Assembly (NCBI GenBank): GCA_964608325.1
Contig: CAZSMX010000003.1
Span: 12,371 to 76,370, forward strand
Reading direction: 5' to 3'
Origin: an uncultured Candidatus Peribacteria bacterium
Lineage (GTDB): Bacteria; Patescibacteriota; Gracilibacteria; Peribacterales; Peribacteraceae
DNA: 64,000 nucleotides
Below are positions 33,219 through 41,783 of this stretch, in pieces. A program made the translations under genes and the position numbers. The notes below the pieces were generated by a model. That model made no database searches. It was not told the DNA's origin and worked only from the letters and a program-made list of their open reading frames with translations. Position 1 is the stretch's first letter; each line of letters starts with the position of its first letter.

Positions 33219-34291
33219 TGCTGTGTTTCGTCCTCGGTACCCGGCCGGAGATCATCAAGATGGCGCCCCTGCTGCGCCGCTGCGTCGAACGAAAGATCGA
33301 CTTCCGCATCGTGCACACGGGCCAGCATTACGACCCGCTCTTGGATGGACTCTTCTTTACAGAATTGGAATTGCCGAAGCCCGATGTACAGTTGCAATGC
33401 GCCGGGAAGTCCTCGGCCGAATTCCTTGAAAAACTTCTGCCCGCGTTGCGCGAGGCGCTTGCGGATCCGAAGCCGTCCTGCGTCATCGTCCAGGGTGATA
33501 CGAACAGTGCCTACGGCGGTGCCGCGGCCGCGCATGCGATCGGGATTCCCGTTGCGCACGTGGAGGCGGGCCTTCGCAGCGACGACCTCTCCATGCCGGA
33601 GGAAGTGAACCGCATCAAGATCGATACCATGGCCGAGCGTCTTTATACGCCAACCGAGCATCAGGCCGAGCGGGCGCGCCGCGAGGGGATCGACGCATCG
33701 CGCATTCTCGTGACCGGCAACACCGTGGCCGATGCCGTCTCGGAGCATCTGGAAGAAGCACGCACGCGTCCTTGGGATGCCGCCCTTGCACCGCTCGTGT
33801 CCGGGCCGTACGCGGTCATTACCCTGCATCGTCCGGCGCTCGTGGATCATCCCGAAAGACTTCTCTCCATCCTCCACGGTATCCATGATGTCTTGGAATC
33901 GCACGGCCTCACGGCGGTTTTTCCGGTGCATCCGCGCACCCGCAAGATGATCACCGATCCGACGCTCTTCGACCGCATCACCATGGTCGAACCCGTCGGA
34001 TACTTTTCCATGCTAAAACTATTGTCGGCCGCGCGCCTGCTGGTCACGGACTCCGGAGGCCTCCAGGAGGAGTCTGCGATCGTCCGAGTCCCGTGCATTA
34101 CCGTGCGTGAAAACACCGAGCGCCCCGAGACGGTGGATGCCGGTGGAAACAGGATCGTTGGGTTTGACCTTGTCGCCATCCGCAAGGCCGCCGATGAATT
34201 CCTCGGCTCCTCCATCCCCTGGAAACCGCTCTACACCGTGGAGCATCCGTCTGATGCGATCCTGGAAGACCTCCTCTCCCGCTACGCATGA
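33218..34291 (+). CDS. wecB: UDP-N-acetylglucosamine 2-epimerase (non-hydrolysing, WecB/MnaA type)
   Basis: Trimmed to the ATG at 33218 (TGATG overlap). VLGTRPEIIKMAPL, HTGQHYD, VQGDTNS, HVEAGLRS and TDSGGLQEE. Confidence 0.85.
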   Translation: MLCFVLGTRPEIIKMAPLLRRCVERKIDFRIVHTGQHYDPLLDGLFFTELELPKPDVQLQCAGKSSAEFLEKLLPALREALADPKPSCVIVQGDTNSAYGGAAAAHAIGIPVAHVEAGLRSDDLSMPEEVNRIKIDTMAERLYTPTEHQAERARREGIDASRILVTGNTVADAVSEHLEEARTRPWDAALAPLVSGPYAVITLHRPALVDHPERLLSILHGIHDVLESHGLTAVFPVHPRTRKMITDPTLFDRITMVEPVGYFSMLKLLSAARLLVTDSGGLQEESAIVRVPCITVRENTERPETVDAGGNRIVGFDLVAIRKAADEFLGSSIPWKPLYTVEHPSDAILEDLLSRYA

Positions 34292-35433
34292 AGATCCTCA
34301 TGACCAGCGACACGTATCTCCCGCGCCTGGGCGGCGGGGAATACCACGTGCACTACCTTCTGAAGGAATTGCGCGCGCAGGGGCATGACGTGACGTTCGT
34401 CACGAACGAAAAGGGGACATGGGAGGGTGATGCCGCCTGCCCGGTAATCCGCGTTCCCTACAGGGGGTTCGGATCGCTGGGTTCCATCCTGCGCACGCTC
34501 TGGAAAGAGTCCGGCTCCGCCGAGGTCTTGCATGCCCACTACAGCACGCGCCTCGGGTTCCTCACGGGTTTCGTCGCGATGCTGCGTCGCAAGCCCTTCG
34601 TCGTTACCCAGCACGGACTCGGTTTGCTGCCTCCTGCCAATGCGTCCGCGTTCCATATGCTGGTGTTTCGTGTCTGGCGCCATCTCACGATGAAGTGGGC
34701 GCGCGTCATCGTTTCCACGAGCGAGGACATGAGCGTGGAGATCCGCGCGTGCGGGTTTAGCGACAAGATCGTTCCCATCAGCAACGGGTATGACGCGACG
34801 CTCTTCACGCAGCTCCCGCCCCCTTCGTTCGACCAGCCACGCCTTCTCACCGTGCGGCGTCTCAACCCGAAGAACGGCGTGCAGTATCTCATCGCCGCGC
34901 TGCCTTTTATTCTCGAACGGCACCCGAACCTGAAGGTTACGTGCGTCGGCGACGGCCCGTGGCGGGACAGAATCATCCAGCTTTCCAAAGATCTCAAGGT
35001 CGACCATGCCGTTACGTTCGAAGGCCCCGTCGACCATGCGCGTCTGCGCGACTTCTACCGCGAGGCGACGGTCGTCGTCATGCCGTCGACGGCGGAGTCC
35101 ACGAGCCTCACGTGCATCGAGGCGATGGCGCAGGGGCGCATCGTCGTGGCGAGCAAGGTGGGAGGGCTCATCGAGTTGCTCGGACGGGATTCGGAGAGGG
35201 GGTACCTCGTGGATCTCACGGGTAACGAACATAGCGAATACGACGCACTATTCTCTCTTCCTGAGGCATCCATCAAACGGCTTGCAGATGCCATTTCATA
35301 TGCCCTGTCGTACCCCGAGGAATCCCTTGCGAAAGCGAATGAGGCGGCTTCCTATGCTGCAAAAAATTTCAGCTGGGGTACTATCGCGGGGCGTACCGCC
35401 CAAGAGGCGTACCTTCCACTCGTTTCCCGATGA
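34288..35433 (+). CDS. GT4 glycosyltransferase
   Basis: PRLGGGEYHV and PSTAESTSLTCIEAMAQGRIVVASKVGG. Confidence 0.85.
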   Translation: MKILMTSDTYLPRLGGGEYHVHYLLKELRAQGHDVTFVTNEKGTWEGDAACPVIRVPYRGFGSLGSILRTLWKESGSAEVLHAHYSTRLGFLTGFVAMLRRKPFVVTQHGLGLLPPANASAFHMLVFRVWRHLTMKWARVIVSTSEDMSVEIRACGFSDKIVPISNGYDATLFTQLPPPSFDQPRLLTVRRLNPKNGVQYLIAALPFILERHPNLKVTCVGDGPWRDRIIQLSKDLKVDHAVTFEGPVDHARLRDFYREATVVVMPSTAESTSLTCIEAMAQGRIVVASKVGGLIELLGRDSERGYLVDLTGNEHSEYDALFSLPEASIKRLADAISYALSYPEESLAKANEAASYAAKNFSWGTIAGRTAQEAYLPLVSR

Positions 35434-36272
35434 CCCAACTCCTCGACTCCGACGGCAACAAGGCGGTCTACACCCAGCTTCACGACGAAATCCTGGAGAA
35501 GCGGTTCAACTCGACATCGCCCATCCGCAGGCATGCCCACCACACGCAGTACCAGGCGTTCGTGGACCTCATCCCCGCCGGAGCGACGGTGCTGGACAGC
35601 GGCTGCGGCGAAGGAATCATGTGCGTGATGCTCGCGAAGAAAGGATGCATCGTGACGGGCGTGGATCTATCCGAGCCGAACGTCGCCGCCTGCAAGAAGT
35701 ACGCGGAAGAGCAGGGGGTGGGCGATAAGACGACGTTTTTGGTCGGCGATGCAGAGCGTCTGCCCGCCGAGGATAAGTCATTCGATTACGTCGTCTCCAG
35801 CCACGTGCTCGAACACGTGCCGGACTTCTCCAAAGGCGCCGCCGAACTCGCCCGAGTCGCCAAGAAGCAGGTGATCGCCGCCATTCCCACATGCCTCAAC
35901 CCGAGCGCGATGGTGCTCCTGGGAGGAGACAAATACTGGACGTTCTCCCGCAAGACGTCGTACGCCTTCTTCTATGGTTTGCTGCAGGTGCTGTGGGCGC
36001 TCGTCACGGGGCAGGACGGGGTGAACGAAGGCTACGCCGGACGCACCGACCTCATCCACATCTGGCGTTTCCCGCGCAGGGGAAAGAAGAGCATCGAGGC
36101 GGGCGGACTCAAGGTCATCCGCTACCGCGGCAGCTCGTACATCTTCCCGTATTTCCCTTTCTTGGTTCCCCTAAGCAAGCTCCTTCTCAAGGGATGCTGG
36201 TTGCCGGGGCTGCGGAATTTCGGCTACGGCACGACGTACGTCTGCGAGCCGGTTCAGGGAAGCGGCAGATAG
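35430..36272 (+). CDS. Class I SAM-dependent methyltransferase
   Basis: VLDSGCGEGIM (motif I), DYVVSSHVLEHV. ATGA overlap upstream. The 3' end overlaps the convergent gene by 19 nt. Confidence 0.8.
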   Translation: MTQLLDSDGNKAVYTQLHDEILEKRFNSTSPIRRHAHHTQYQAFVDLIPAGATVLDSGCGEGIMCVMLAKKGCIVTGVDLSEPNVAACKKYAEEQGVGDKTTFLVGDAERLPAEDKSFDYVVSSHVLEHVPDFSKGAAELARVAKKQVIAAIPTCLNPSAMVLLGGDKYWTFSRKTSYAFFYGLLQVLWALVTGQDGVNEGYAGRTDLIHIWRFPRRGKKSIEAGGLKVIRYRGSSYIFPYFPFLVPLSKLLLKGCWLPGLRNFGYGTTYVCEPVQGSGR

Positions 36273-37897
36273 TCTTCTTCCTTCGACGACACGATCCAGT
36301 CCGCCAGCGACTGCAGTCCCGGATCGGTATCGATGTCTTTCGCCGAGCGAGCGCTGATGCGCATCCGGTGGTCCACCACGTCGTCGCCATCGTAGACGGG
36401 CTGTACCCGGAAGCTGCGGATGACGGCGGGGCGCATGGCGAAGAGACCGTAGGCATGCTTGCGGGCGAGGGTCGTGCGCTCGGGGCTGAGGGCTGGGATT
36501 TGGTGGATGGTGCGCATCTTCTCCAGATATTCCTCCTTGGATGAGGAGTCCTCGGTGAAGCCCATGTTGGCGTAGCGGCCTGTGCCGGCGGTGAACGTCG
36601 TGATGCCGAAAATAGGGCACTCCAGCCCGATGGTTCCGCGGACGGTGATGCAGAAGTCCGCGACGCCGAAGAACGAATAGGTGCTGATGTCCGTGTCCGG
36701 CGGGACGACTTTGACGTGGTCCGGAAGCGTGCCGCCCGTGTTCGCGAGGATGGCGATCATGTCGCGCATCTCGGAATCTTTCTCCATGAACTTCGTCTGC
36801 CAGATGTAATCCGGATGCAGCTTGATGACCCACTGGATGTTCGGGTTCTCACAGGCGGCCTTCACGGTCTGCACCAGCCAATCGTCGAAGTCCCGAAAGA
36901 GGTTCTTGCCGTAATAGAACGATGCGTCCCATACGACGTGCGAGAAGATGACTGCCGTCTTTTTGGCCGGATCAAGCCCTATCTGCGCCCTCACTTCCTC
37001 CGGCGTCTTGTGCTTCTTGTCACGCGACGAGAGGAAATTGAACCACGATTTGTCCCGGTAGTGGCCGTGCAGCTCGTTCAAAAATCCTTGTTCCTGTTCC
37101 GGCGTCCACGGCATGGCCTTCAGTTTCTCCCAGCTTGGTTTCGAGATGGAAATGGGATCCACCATGTTCTCCAGCGTGAGGTACCTCTTCATCGTGAGGG
37201 CGTCCAGCCGCTGGCTGTGTACGTACTGGATGGGGGTCATGCCGTACTCGATCGCGACCGCGAAGAGTTCACCATGCGGTGTGTAGCCGGTCTCGGTGAA
37301 GAGGAGGGTCTTCGGATTGATTTCTTTCAATACTCCGCGTGCCGCGCGTACGGCGGAGCGGGCTTCCGTAAGCAACTGGATCGTGCGCTGTTCGATGGCC
37401 GGGTTCGACAGGTCCACGCTGCCCGCGCGCTCGTTCTTCAGCACGACCGAGAGGGCGTTCGCCCCGATGTTCACGCCGTCGAAGGCATAGCCGAGCATGT
37501 CTTCGTTGGAGGGCTTGGTCGCGAGGAATGCCCGGATCTCCTCCTCGTCCTTCGGGTCGCGGCAGGCGCGCATGGTTTCCTCGAAGTACACGAAGTCGGT
37601 CACGCCGCACACGCGGAAGTACCGCTGCATCCATTCGTTCGTCCGGAACGTGGCGACCACCGGCGTGATGCCCCGCGCGCGCATGGCACGGGCGAGGATG
37701 CCCTCGGTTTCGGCGTGGTACGGGGAGTCCGTGAAATTCACGATGAGGATCTTCTCGCCCGTCGGGGCGGCGTCTGCCGGGGAGCCGATGAAGGCATATC
37801 GGGCGCGGAAGAGGAGGTAGCCCGTGAGGAGCTGCCACTGCTTGCGGAATTGGGCGGGACGCAGGAGGAGCCGGAGGATGCGCTTGAGGAGGGTCAT
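36254..37897 (-). CDS. Capsule-synthesis-like (KpsC/KpsS-type, HP-motif) putative glycosyltransferase
   Basis: Trimmed from 38440 to the ATG at 37897 (alternative ATG at 37948). ~547 aa. AVIFSHVVWD, WVIKLHPD and ITVRGTIGLE resemble capsule polysaccharide biosynthesis proteins. The family call is tentative. Confidence 0.45.
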   Translation of the reverse strand: MTLLKRILRLLLRPAQFRKQWQLLTGYLLFRARYAFIGSPADAAPTGEKILIVNFTDSPYHAETEGILARAMRARGITPVVATFRTNEWMQRYFRVCGVTDFVYFEETMRACRDPKDEEEIRAFLATKPSNEDMLGYAFDGVNIGANALSVVLKNERAGSVDLSNPAIEQRTIQLLTEARSAVRAARGVLKEINPKTLLFTETGYTPHGELFAVAIEYGMTPIQYVHSQRLDALTMKRYLTLENMVDPISISKPSWEKLKAMPWTPEQEQGFLNELHGHYRDKSWFNFLSSRDKKHKTPEEVRAQIGLDPAKKTAVIFSHVVWDASFYYGKNLFRDFDDWLVQTVKAACENPNIQWVIKLHPDYIWQTKFMEKDSEMRDMIAILANTGGTLPDHVKVVPPDTDISTYSFFGVADFCITVRGTIGLECPIFGITTFTAGTGRYANMGFTEDSSSKEEYLEKMRTIHQIPALSPERTTLARKHAYGLFAMRPAVIRSFRVQPVYDGDDVVDHRMRISARSAKDIDTDPGLQSLADWIVSSKEEDYLPLP

Positions 37898-37981
37898 GGG
37901 AAACGGCGGAAGGGGCCCATGGGAGGGCTTTTGCCTTCGGGGCCCCATAGTAGCATCCCAACGGGCGATATCGTAGGATAG

Positions 37982-38752
37982 ATGCCTCACTCCATGCGGA
38001 ATATCCGAGTCATTCCCCGGCTGGACGTAAAGGGCCCCAATGTCGTCAAAGGGGTCCATATGGAAGGGCTGCGCCTCATGGGCGCCCCGGCCGACCTTGC
38101 CAGGAAGTACTACGAGGCGGGGGCCGACGAGCTGCTCTACATCGATATCGTCGCGTCCCTTTACGGCCGGAGCATCGACCTGGACCTGGTGAAGGCGGTT
38201 GCGGCGGAGCTCTTCATCCCCCTCACGGTGGGCGGGGGCATCCAGTCGCTGCATGACATCAGCGCGGTGCTCCGTTCCGGTGCCGACAAGGTGGCCATTA
38301 ATACGTACGCGTTGAAGCATCCGGAGCTGATCAACGAAGCCGTGAAACAATTCGGGTCCCAGTGCATCGTCCTGTCCATCGAGGCGAAGAAGACGGCGGC
38401 CGGCAACTGGGAGGCATACACGGAAGGGGGGCGCGAGCATTCAGGCCGCGACGTCGTCGAGTGGGTGAAGGAGGCGCTGGACCGGGGAGTGGGGGAAATC
38501 CTACTCTCCTCCGTCGACCGCGACGGGACCCGCAAGGGGTTCGATCTCGAGCTGACCCAAGCCATCACGGCGTTTTCTCCCGTGCCCGTCATCGCCCACG
38601 GCGGCGCCGGTACGAAAGAGTCGGTCCTGGACATCATCACGCAGGGAAAGGCGGATGCCGTGTCCGCGGGCACGGTGTTCCACTACGACGATTACTCCGT
38701 GAAGGACTTGAAAGGGTTCCTTGCGGGACATTCCCTCCCCATCCGCCCATGA
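37982..38752 (+). CDS. hisF: HisF-like cyclase subunit, glycan-locus paralogue (WbuZ-type)
   Basis: RVIPRLDVKG, ADELLYIDI, TVGGGI and AHGGAG. No other his genes nearby; sits next to hisH-like and WbuX-like genes. Confidence 0.85.
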   Translation: MPHSMRNIRVIPRLDVKGPNVVKGVHMEGLRLMGAPADLARKYYEAGADELLYIDIVASLYGRSIDLDLVKAVAAELFIPLTVGGGIQSLHDISAVLRSGADKVAINTYALKHPELINEAVKQFGSQCIVLSIEAKKTAAGNWEAYTEGGREHSGRDVVEWVKEALDRGVGEILLSSVDRDGTRKGFDLELTQAITAFSPVPVIAHGGAGTKESVLDIITQGKADAVSAGTVFHYDDYSVKDLKGFLAGHSLPIRP

Positions 38753-39372
38753 CCAAGGTTTGCATCGTCGACTACGGCGTCGGAAACATCCACAGCGCGC
38801 TCAAGGCGTTCCGCCTCTTTGCGAACGACGTCGTCCTGTCGGAGGATCCGGAGGTGGTGCGCGGCGCGGACAAGATCGTATTGCCGGGAGTCGGTTCTTT
38901 CGGGGCGGGGATGGAGGGGTTGAAGGTGCGCGGTCTCGTCGATGCCATCCGGGAGAAGGCGAAGGCCGGCACGCCCATCCTGGGCATCTGCCTGGGCGCC
39001 CAGCTGATGATGACGACGGGGCATGAGTTCGGCACGTTCGAGGGGCTGGACCTGATCCCGGGAGAGGTGGTGCCGTTCCCACCGTTGGACGGAGCCAAGA
39101 CACCGCACATGGGATGGGACACGCTGCAGGCCCCCGCCGATTGGAAAGGCACGATCCTGGACGGCCTTCCCACCGATCCCCAGGCCTATTTCGTCCATTC
39201 GTTCATTCTTCAGCCGTCTTCGCCGGAGCACGTTCTGGCGACCACCGAATACGGGGGATGCGTCTTTCCCTCCGTCATCCGGAACGGTAGTCTGTACGGG
39301 TGCCAATTCCATCCTGAGAAGAGCGCGGAGCACGGATTGCGCATCATTCAGAATTTTGTCACCCTACCTTGA
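38749..39372 (+). CDS. hisH: HisH-like glutamine amidotransferase subunit, glycan-locus paralogue (WbuY-type)
   Basis: Trimmed to the ATG at 38749 (ATGA overlap). IVDYGVGNIHS, LPGVGSFG, GICLGAQL (catalytic Cys) and CQFHPEKS. Confidence 0.85.
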   Translation: MTKVCIVDYGVGNIHSALKAFRLFANDVVLSEDPEVVRGADKIVLPGVGSFGAGMEGLKVRGLVDAIREKAKAGTPILGICLGAQLMMTTGHEFGTFEGLDLIPGEVVPFPPLDGAKTPHMGWDTLQAPADWKGTILDGLPTDPQAYFVHSFILQPSSPEHVLATTEYGGCVFPSVIRNGSLYGCQFHPEKSAEHGLRIIQNFVTLP

Positions 39373-39385
39373 TTTCCCTACGCCC

Positions 39386-40621
39386 ATGTCCCAGCCCGGT
39401 ACCCGCTACGGCCTTCCCCAAGAGGTGAAGTTCTGCACCAAGTGCGTCCTCTCGAATACGCGCCCCTCCTCCTCGAACGAGTTCAAGCACAAGGGCGACC
39501 GCAAGCACGACTTCGTGGCGTTCGACGAGCGCGGCGTGTGCTATGCCTGCCAGTTCGCCGAGGCCAAGGACACGAAGATCGACTGGGCGGCGCGCGAGCA
39601 GGAACTCATCGAACTCCTGGACCAGTACCGCAGCAAGGACGGTTCCTACGACGTGCTCGTCCCGGGCAGCGGAGGCAAGGACAGCTGCATGGCCTCCCAC
39701 CTCCTGAAGTACAAGTACGGCATGCACCCGCTTACGGTCACCTGGGCGCCCCACTTGTACACGGACATCGGTTGGAGGAACTTCCAGAACTGGCTGCACG
39801 TGGGGGGTTTCGACAACGAGCTTTTCACTCCGAACGGCAAGGTCCACCGCCTCTTCACGCGCAACGCCTTCCTCAACCTGCTGCACCCCTTCCAGCCCTT
39901 CATCATCGGGCAGAAGACGCTGCCGGTGAAGACCGCCGCCCGCCACAACATCAAGTTGATCTTCTACGGCGAGAACCCGGGCGAGTACGGCAACAACACC
40001 TCCATCAACCAGAAGCGCTTCACGTCGGATCCATCCGAAGGGGAAGGGCACCGACTGTCCTTCGTGGACCGCTCGAAGATCGACGACATCATGATCGGGG
40101 GCAAGTCCGTGGCCCAGTACATCAAGGACGACAAGTTGGAACTGGCCGATTTCGACACATACCTGCCGCTGCAGGAGGGAGTGGCCGAGAAGCTCGGCAT
40201 CGATTTCCAATACCTGAGCTATTACGTGAAGTGGCATCCGCAGAGCGCCTATTACTACGCGCAGGAGCACTGCGGGTTCCAGGCCGCACCCGAGCGCACG
40301 TCCGGTACGTACAACAAGTACAACAGCATCGACGACAAGATCGACGACTTCCACTACTACACGACGCACATCAAGTTCGGCATCGGCCGCGCGACGTACG
40401 ACGCCGCCCAGGAAATCCGCAACGGCGACATCACGCGCGAGGAAGGAGTGGCGCTCGTCCGCAAATTTGACGGGGAATTCCCGCAGCGGTACTACAAGGA
40501 TTTCCTGGAGTACATCGGCATTACCGACGAGCAGTTCCGGCAGACGGTAGACTCCTACCGCGATCCCGTCCTGTGGGAACAGCAAAACGGCGAGTGGAAG
40601 TTGAAGCACCAGGTGAGTTGA
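39386..40621 (+). CDS. N-acetyl sugar amidotransferase (WbuX/PseA-like PP-loop ATPase)
   Basis: Trimmed to the ATG at 39386. Zn-ribbon-like FCTKCVLS...GVCYACQF and PP-loop VPGSGGKDS. Confidence 0.8.
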   Translation: MSQPGTRYGLPQEVKFCTKCVLSNTRPSSSNEFKHKGDRKHDFVAFDERGVCYACQFAEAKDTKIDWAAREQELIELLDQYRSKDGSYDVLVPGSGGKDSCMASHLLKYKYGMHPLTVTWAPHLYTDIGWRNFQNWLHVGGFDNELFTPNGKVHRLFTRNAFLNLLHPFQPFIIGQKTLPVKTAARHNIKLIFYGENPGEYGNNTSINQKRFTSDPSEGEGHRLSFVDRSKIDDIMIGGKSVAQYIKDDKLELADFDTYLPLQEGVAEKLGIDFQYLSYYVKWHPQSAYYYAQEHCGFQAAPERTSGTYNKYNSIDDKIDDFHYYTTHIKFGIGRATYDAAQEIRNGDITREEGVALVRKFDGEFPQRYYKDFLEYIGITDEQFRQTVDSYRDPVLWEQQNGEWKLKHQVS

Positions 40622-41680
40622 TCATGCCTTTTCCTCGCTTGCTTTCGTCAGCGCGTCCTGCGCGATGTCGTTCAGGAGCTCCTCGATAAGCACCCCGATT
40701 TCCTGCTTCGTGAGCGGTTTGGCGTCGGTGGAGTCGAAGCCCGGGGCGTTCTCCTTAGGCTTCACCTCTGGGAAATCCTCGCCCCGCAGGTTGTGGAGGG
40801 CATGCACGACGAACATGCCGTCGCGGTCGTCTGCCCAGCGTGCTTCGTCCTCGGTCATCAGGATTTCCTCCGCCTTCTCGCCTGGGCGCATGCCCATGAT
40901 CTTTTTTTCGATCGTCGCGGGATCCTTGCCGTAGAGCGGCGCGCCCTTCTCGATGAGTACGTCCGCCAGGTCTCCCAGGCGCACGACGGGCATCTTCAGG
41001 ATGAACACTTCGCCTCCTTGCATCGATTCCATCGCACGCAGCGTCAGGTCCGCGGCCTGGGGGATGGACATGAAGAAGCGGAGCATGTCGGGATGCGTGA
41101 GGGTCATGGGTCCGCCGTTCGCGATCTGCCGGAGGAACGTGGGGATCACCGATCCGCGGGAGCCGAGCACGTTGCCGAAACGGACGCTGGAGAATATCGT
41201 CTTTCTGGCCCCTTTGGAGTGCATCGCGGACGTCATGAGTTTCTCGGCCAAAAGCTTGGTCGCGCCCATGACATTCTGGGGGCTGACCGCCTTGTCCGTG
41301 CTTACCAGCAACACGCGCTCCACGCCTTGGCTCAGGGCCGCGTCGATGACGTTCTGCGTGCCGACGACGTTCGTCTTCACCGCTTCGAAGCTGTTGTATT
41401 CGCAGGAGGGGACATGCTTGTAGGCCGCGGCATGGAACACGATGTCGATTCCCTCCATGGCCGTCTGCAAACGCGCCGTGTCGCGCACGTCACCCAGGAG
41501 GTAGCGTACATTCGGATATGCGGCCAATGCTTGCTGCGTAAGGAACTGCTTGTGCTCGTCACGGGAGAAAATACGCACGACCTCGGGCTTGTGTTCCAAG
41601 ACCTGCCTGACGATTTCGGACCCGATGGATCCGGTGCCGCCGGTGATGAGGATGCGCTTTCCGCGGAAGAAGGAGGACAT
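40622..41680 (-). CDS. UDP-N-acetylglucosamine 4,6-dehydratase, soluble CapD family (FnlA/PseB-like)
   Basis: ILITGGTGSIGSE, RIFSRDEHKQ, GDVRD, HAAAYKHVPSCE and KTNVVGTQNV. Confidence 0.85.
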   Translation of the reverse strand: MSSFFRGKRILITGGTGSIGSEIVRQVLEHKPEVVRIFSRDEHKQFLTQQALAAYPNVRYLLGDVRDTARLQTAMEGIDIVFHAAAYKHVPSCEYNSFEAVKTNVVGTQNVIDAALSQGVERVLLVSTDKAVSPQNVMGATKLLAEKLMTSAMHSKGARKTIFSSVRFGNVLGSRGSVIPTFLRQIANGGPMTLTHPDMLRFFMSIPQAADLTLRAMESMQGGEVFILKMPVVRLGDLADVLIEKGAPLYGKDPATIEKKIMGMRPGEKAEEILMTEDEARWADDRDGMFVVHALHNLRGEDFPEVKPKENAPGFDSTDAKPLTKQEIGVLIEELLNDIAQDALTKASEEKA

Positions 41681-41783
41681 GATGAAGGGGGACGGGGGAA
41701 AAGCTTCCCCGGGCGTTCGCGGCCATTGTACACCCGGTGGACGTTCGTCACAGGGGGAATCACTCCCATCCGTATACCGCGTT

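Noticed and set aside
37982-39372. Histidine biosynthesis operon (hisF-hisH)
   Set aside because: There are no other his genes nearby. The pair is coupled to a WbuX/PseA-type sugar amidotransferase inside a glycan locus. This fits the known LPS-locus paralogues better.
41695-41710. GGGGAA-AAGC-TTCCCC hairpin in the leader of the CapD-like gene as a riboswitch or attenuator
   Set aside because: It is a single 6-bp hairpin in a ~44-nt leader downstream of a TACAAT box (41725-41730, minus strand). It has no alternative pairing or conserved riboswitch features, so there is too little to support a regulatory RNA call.
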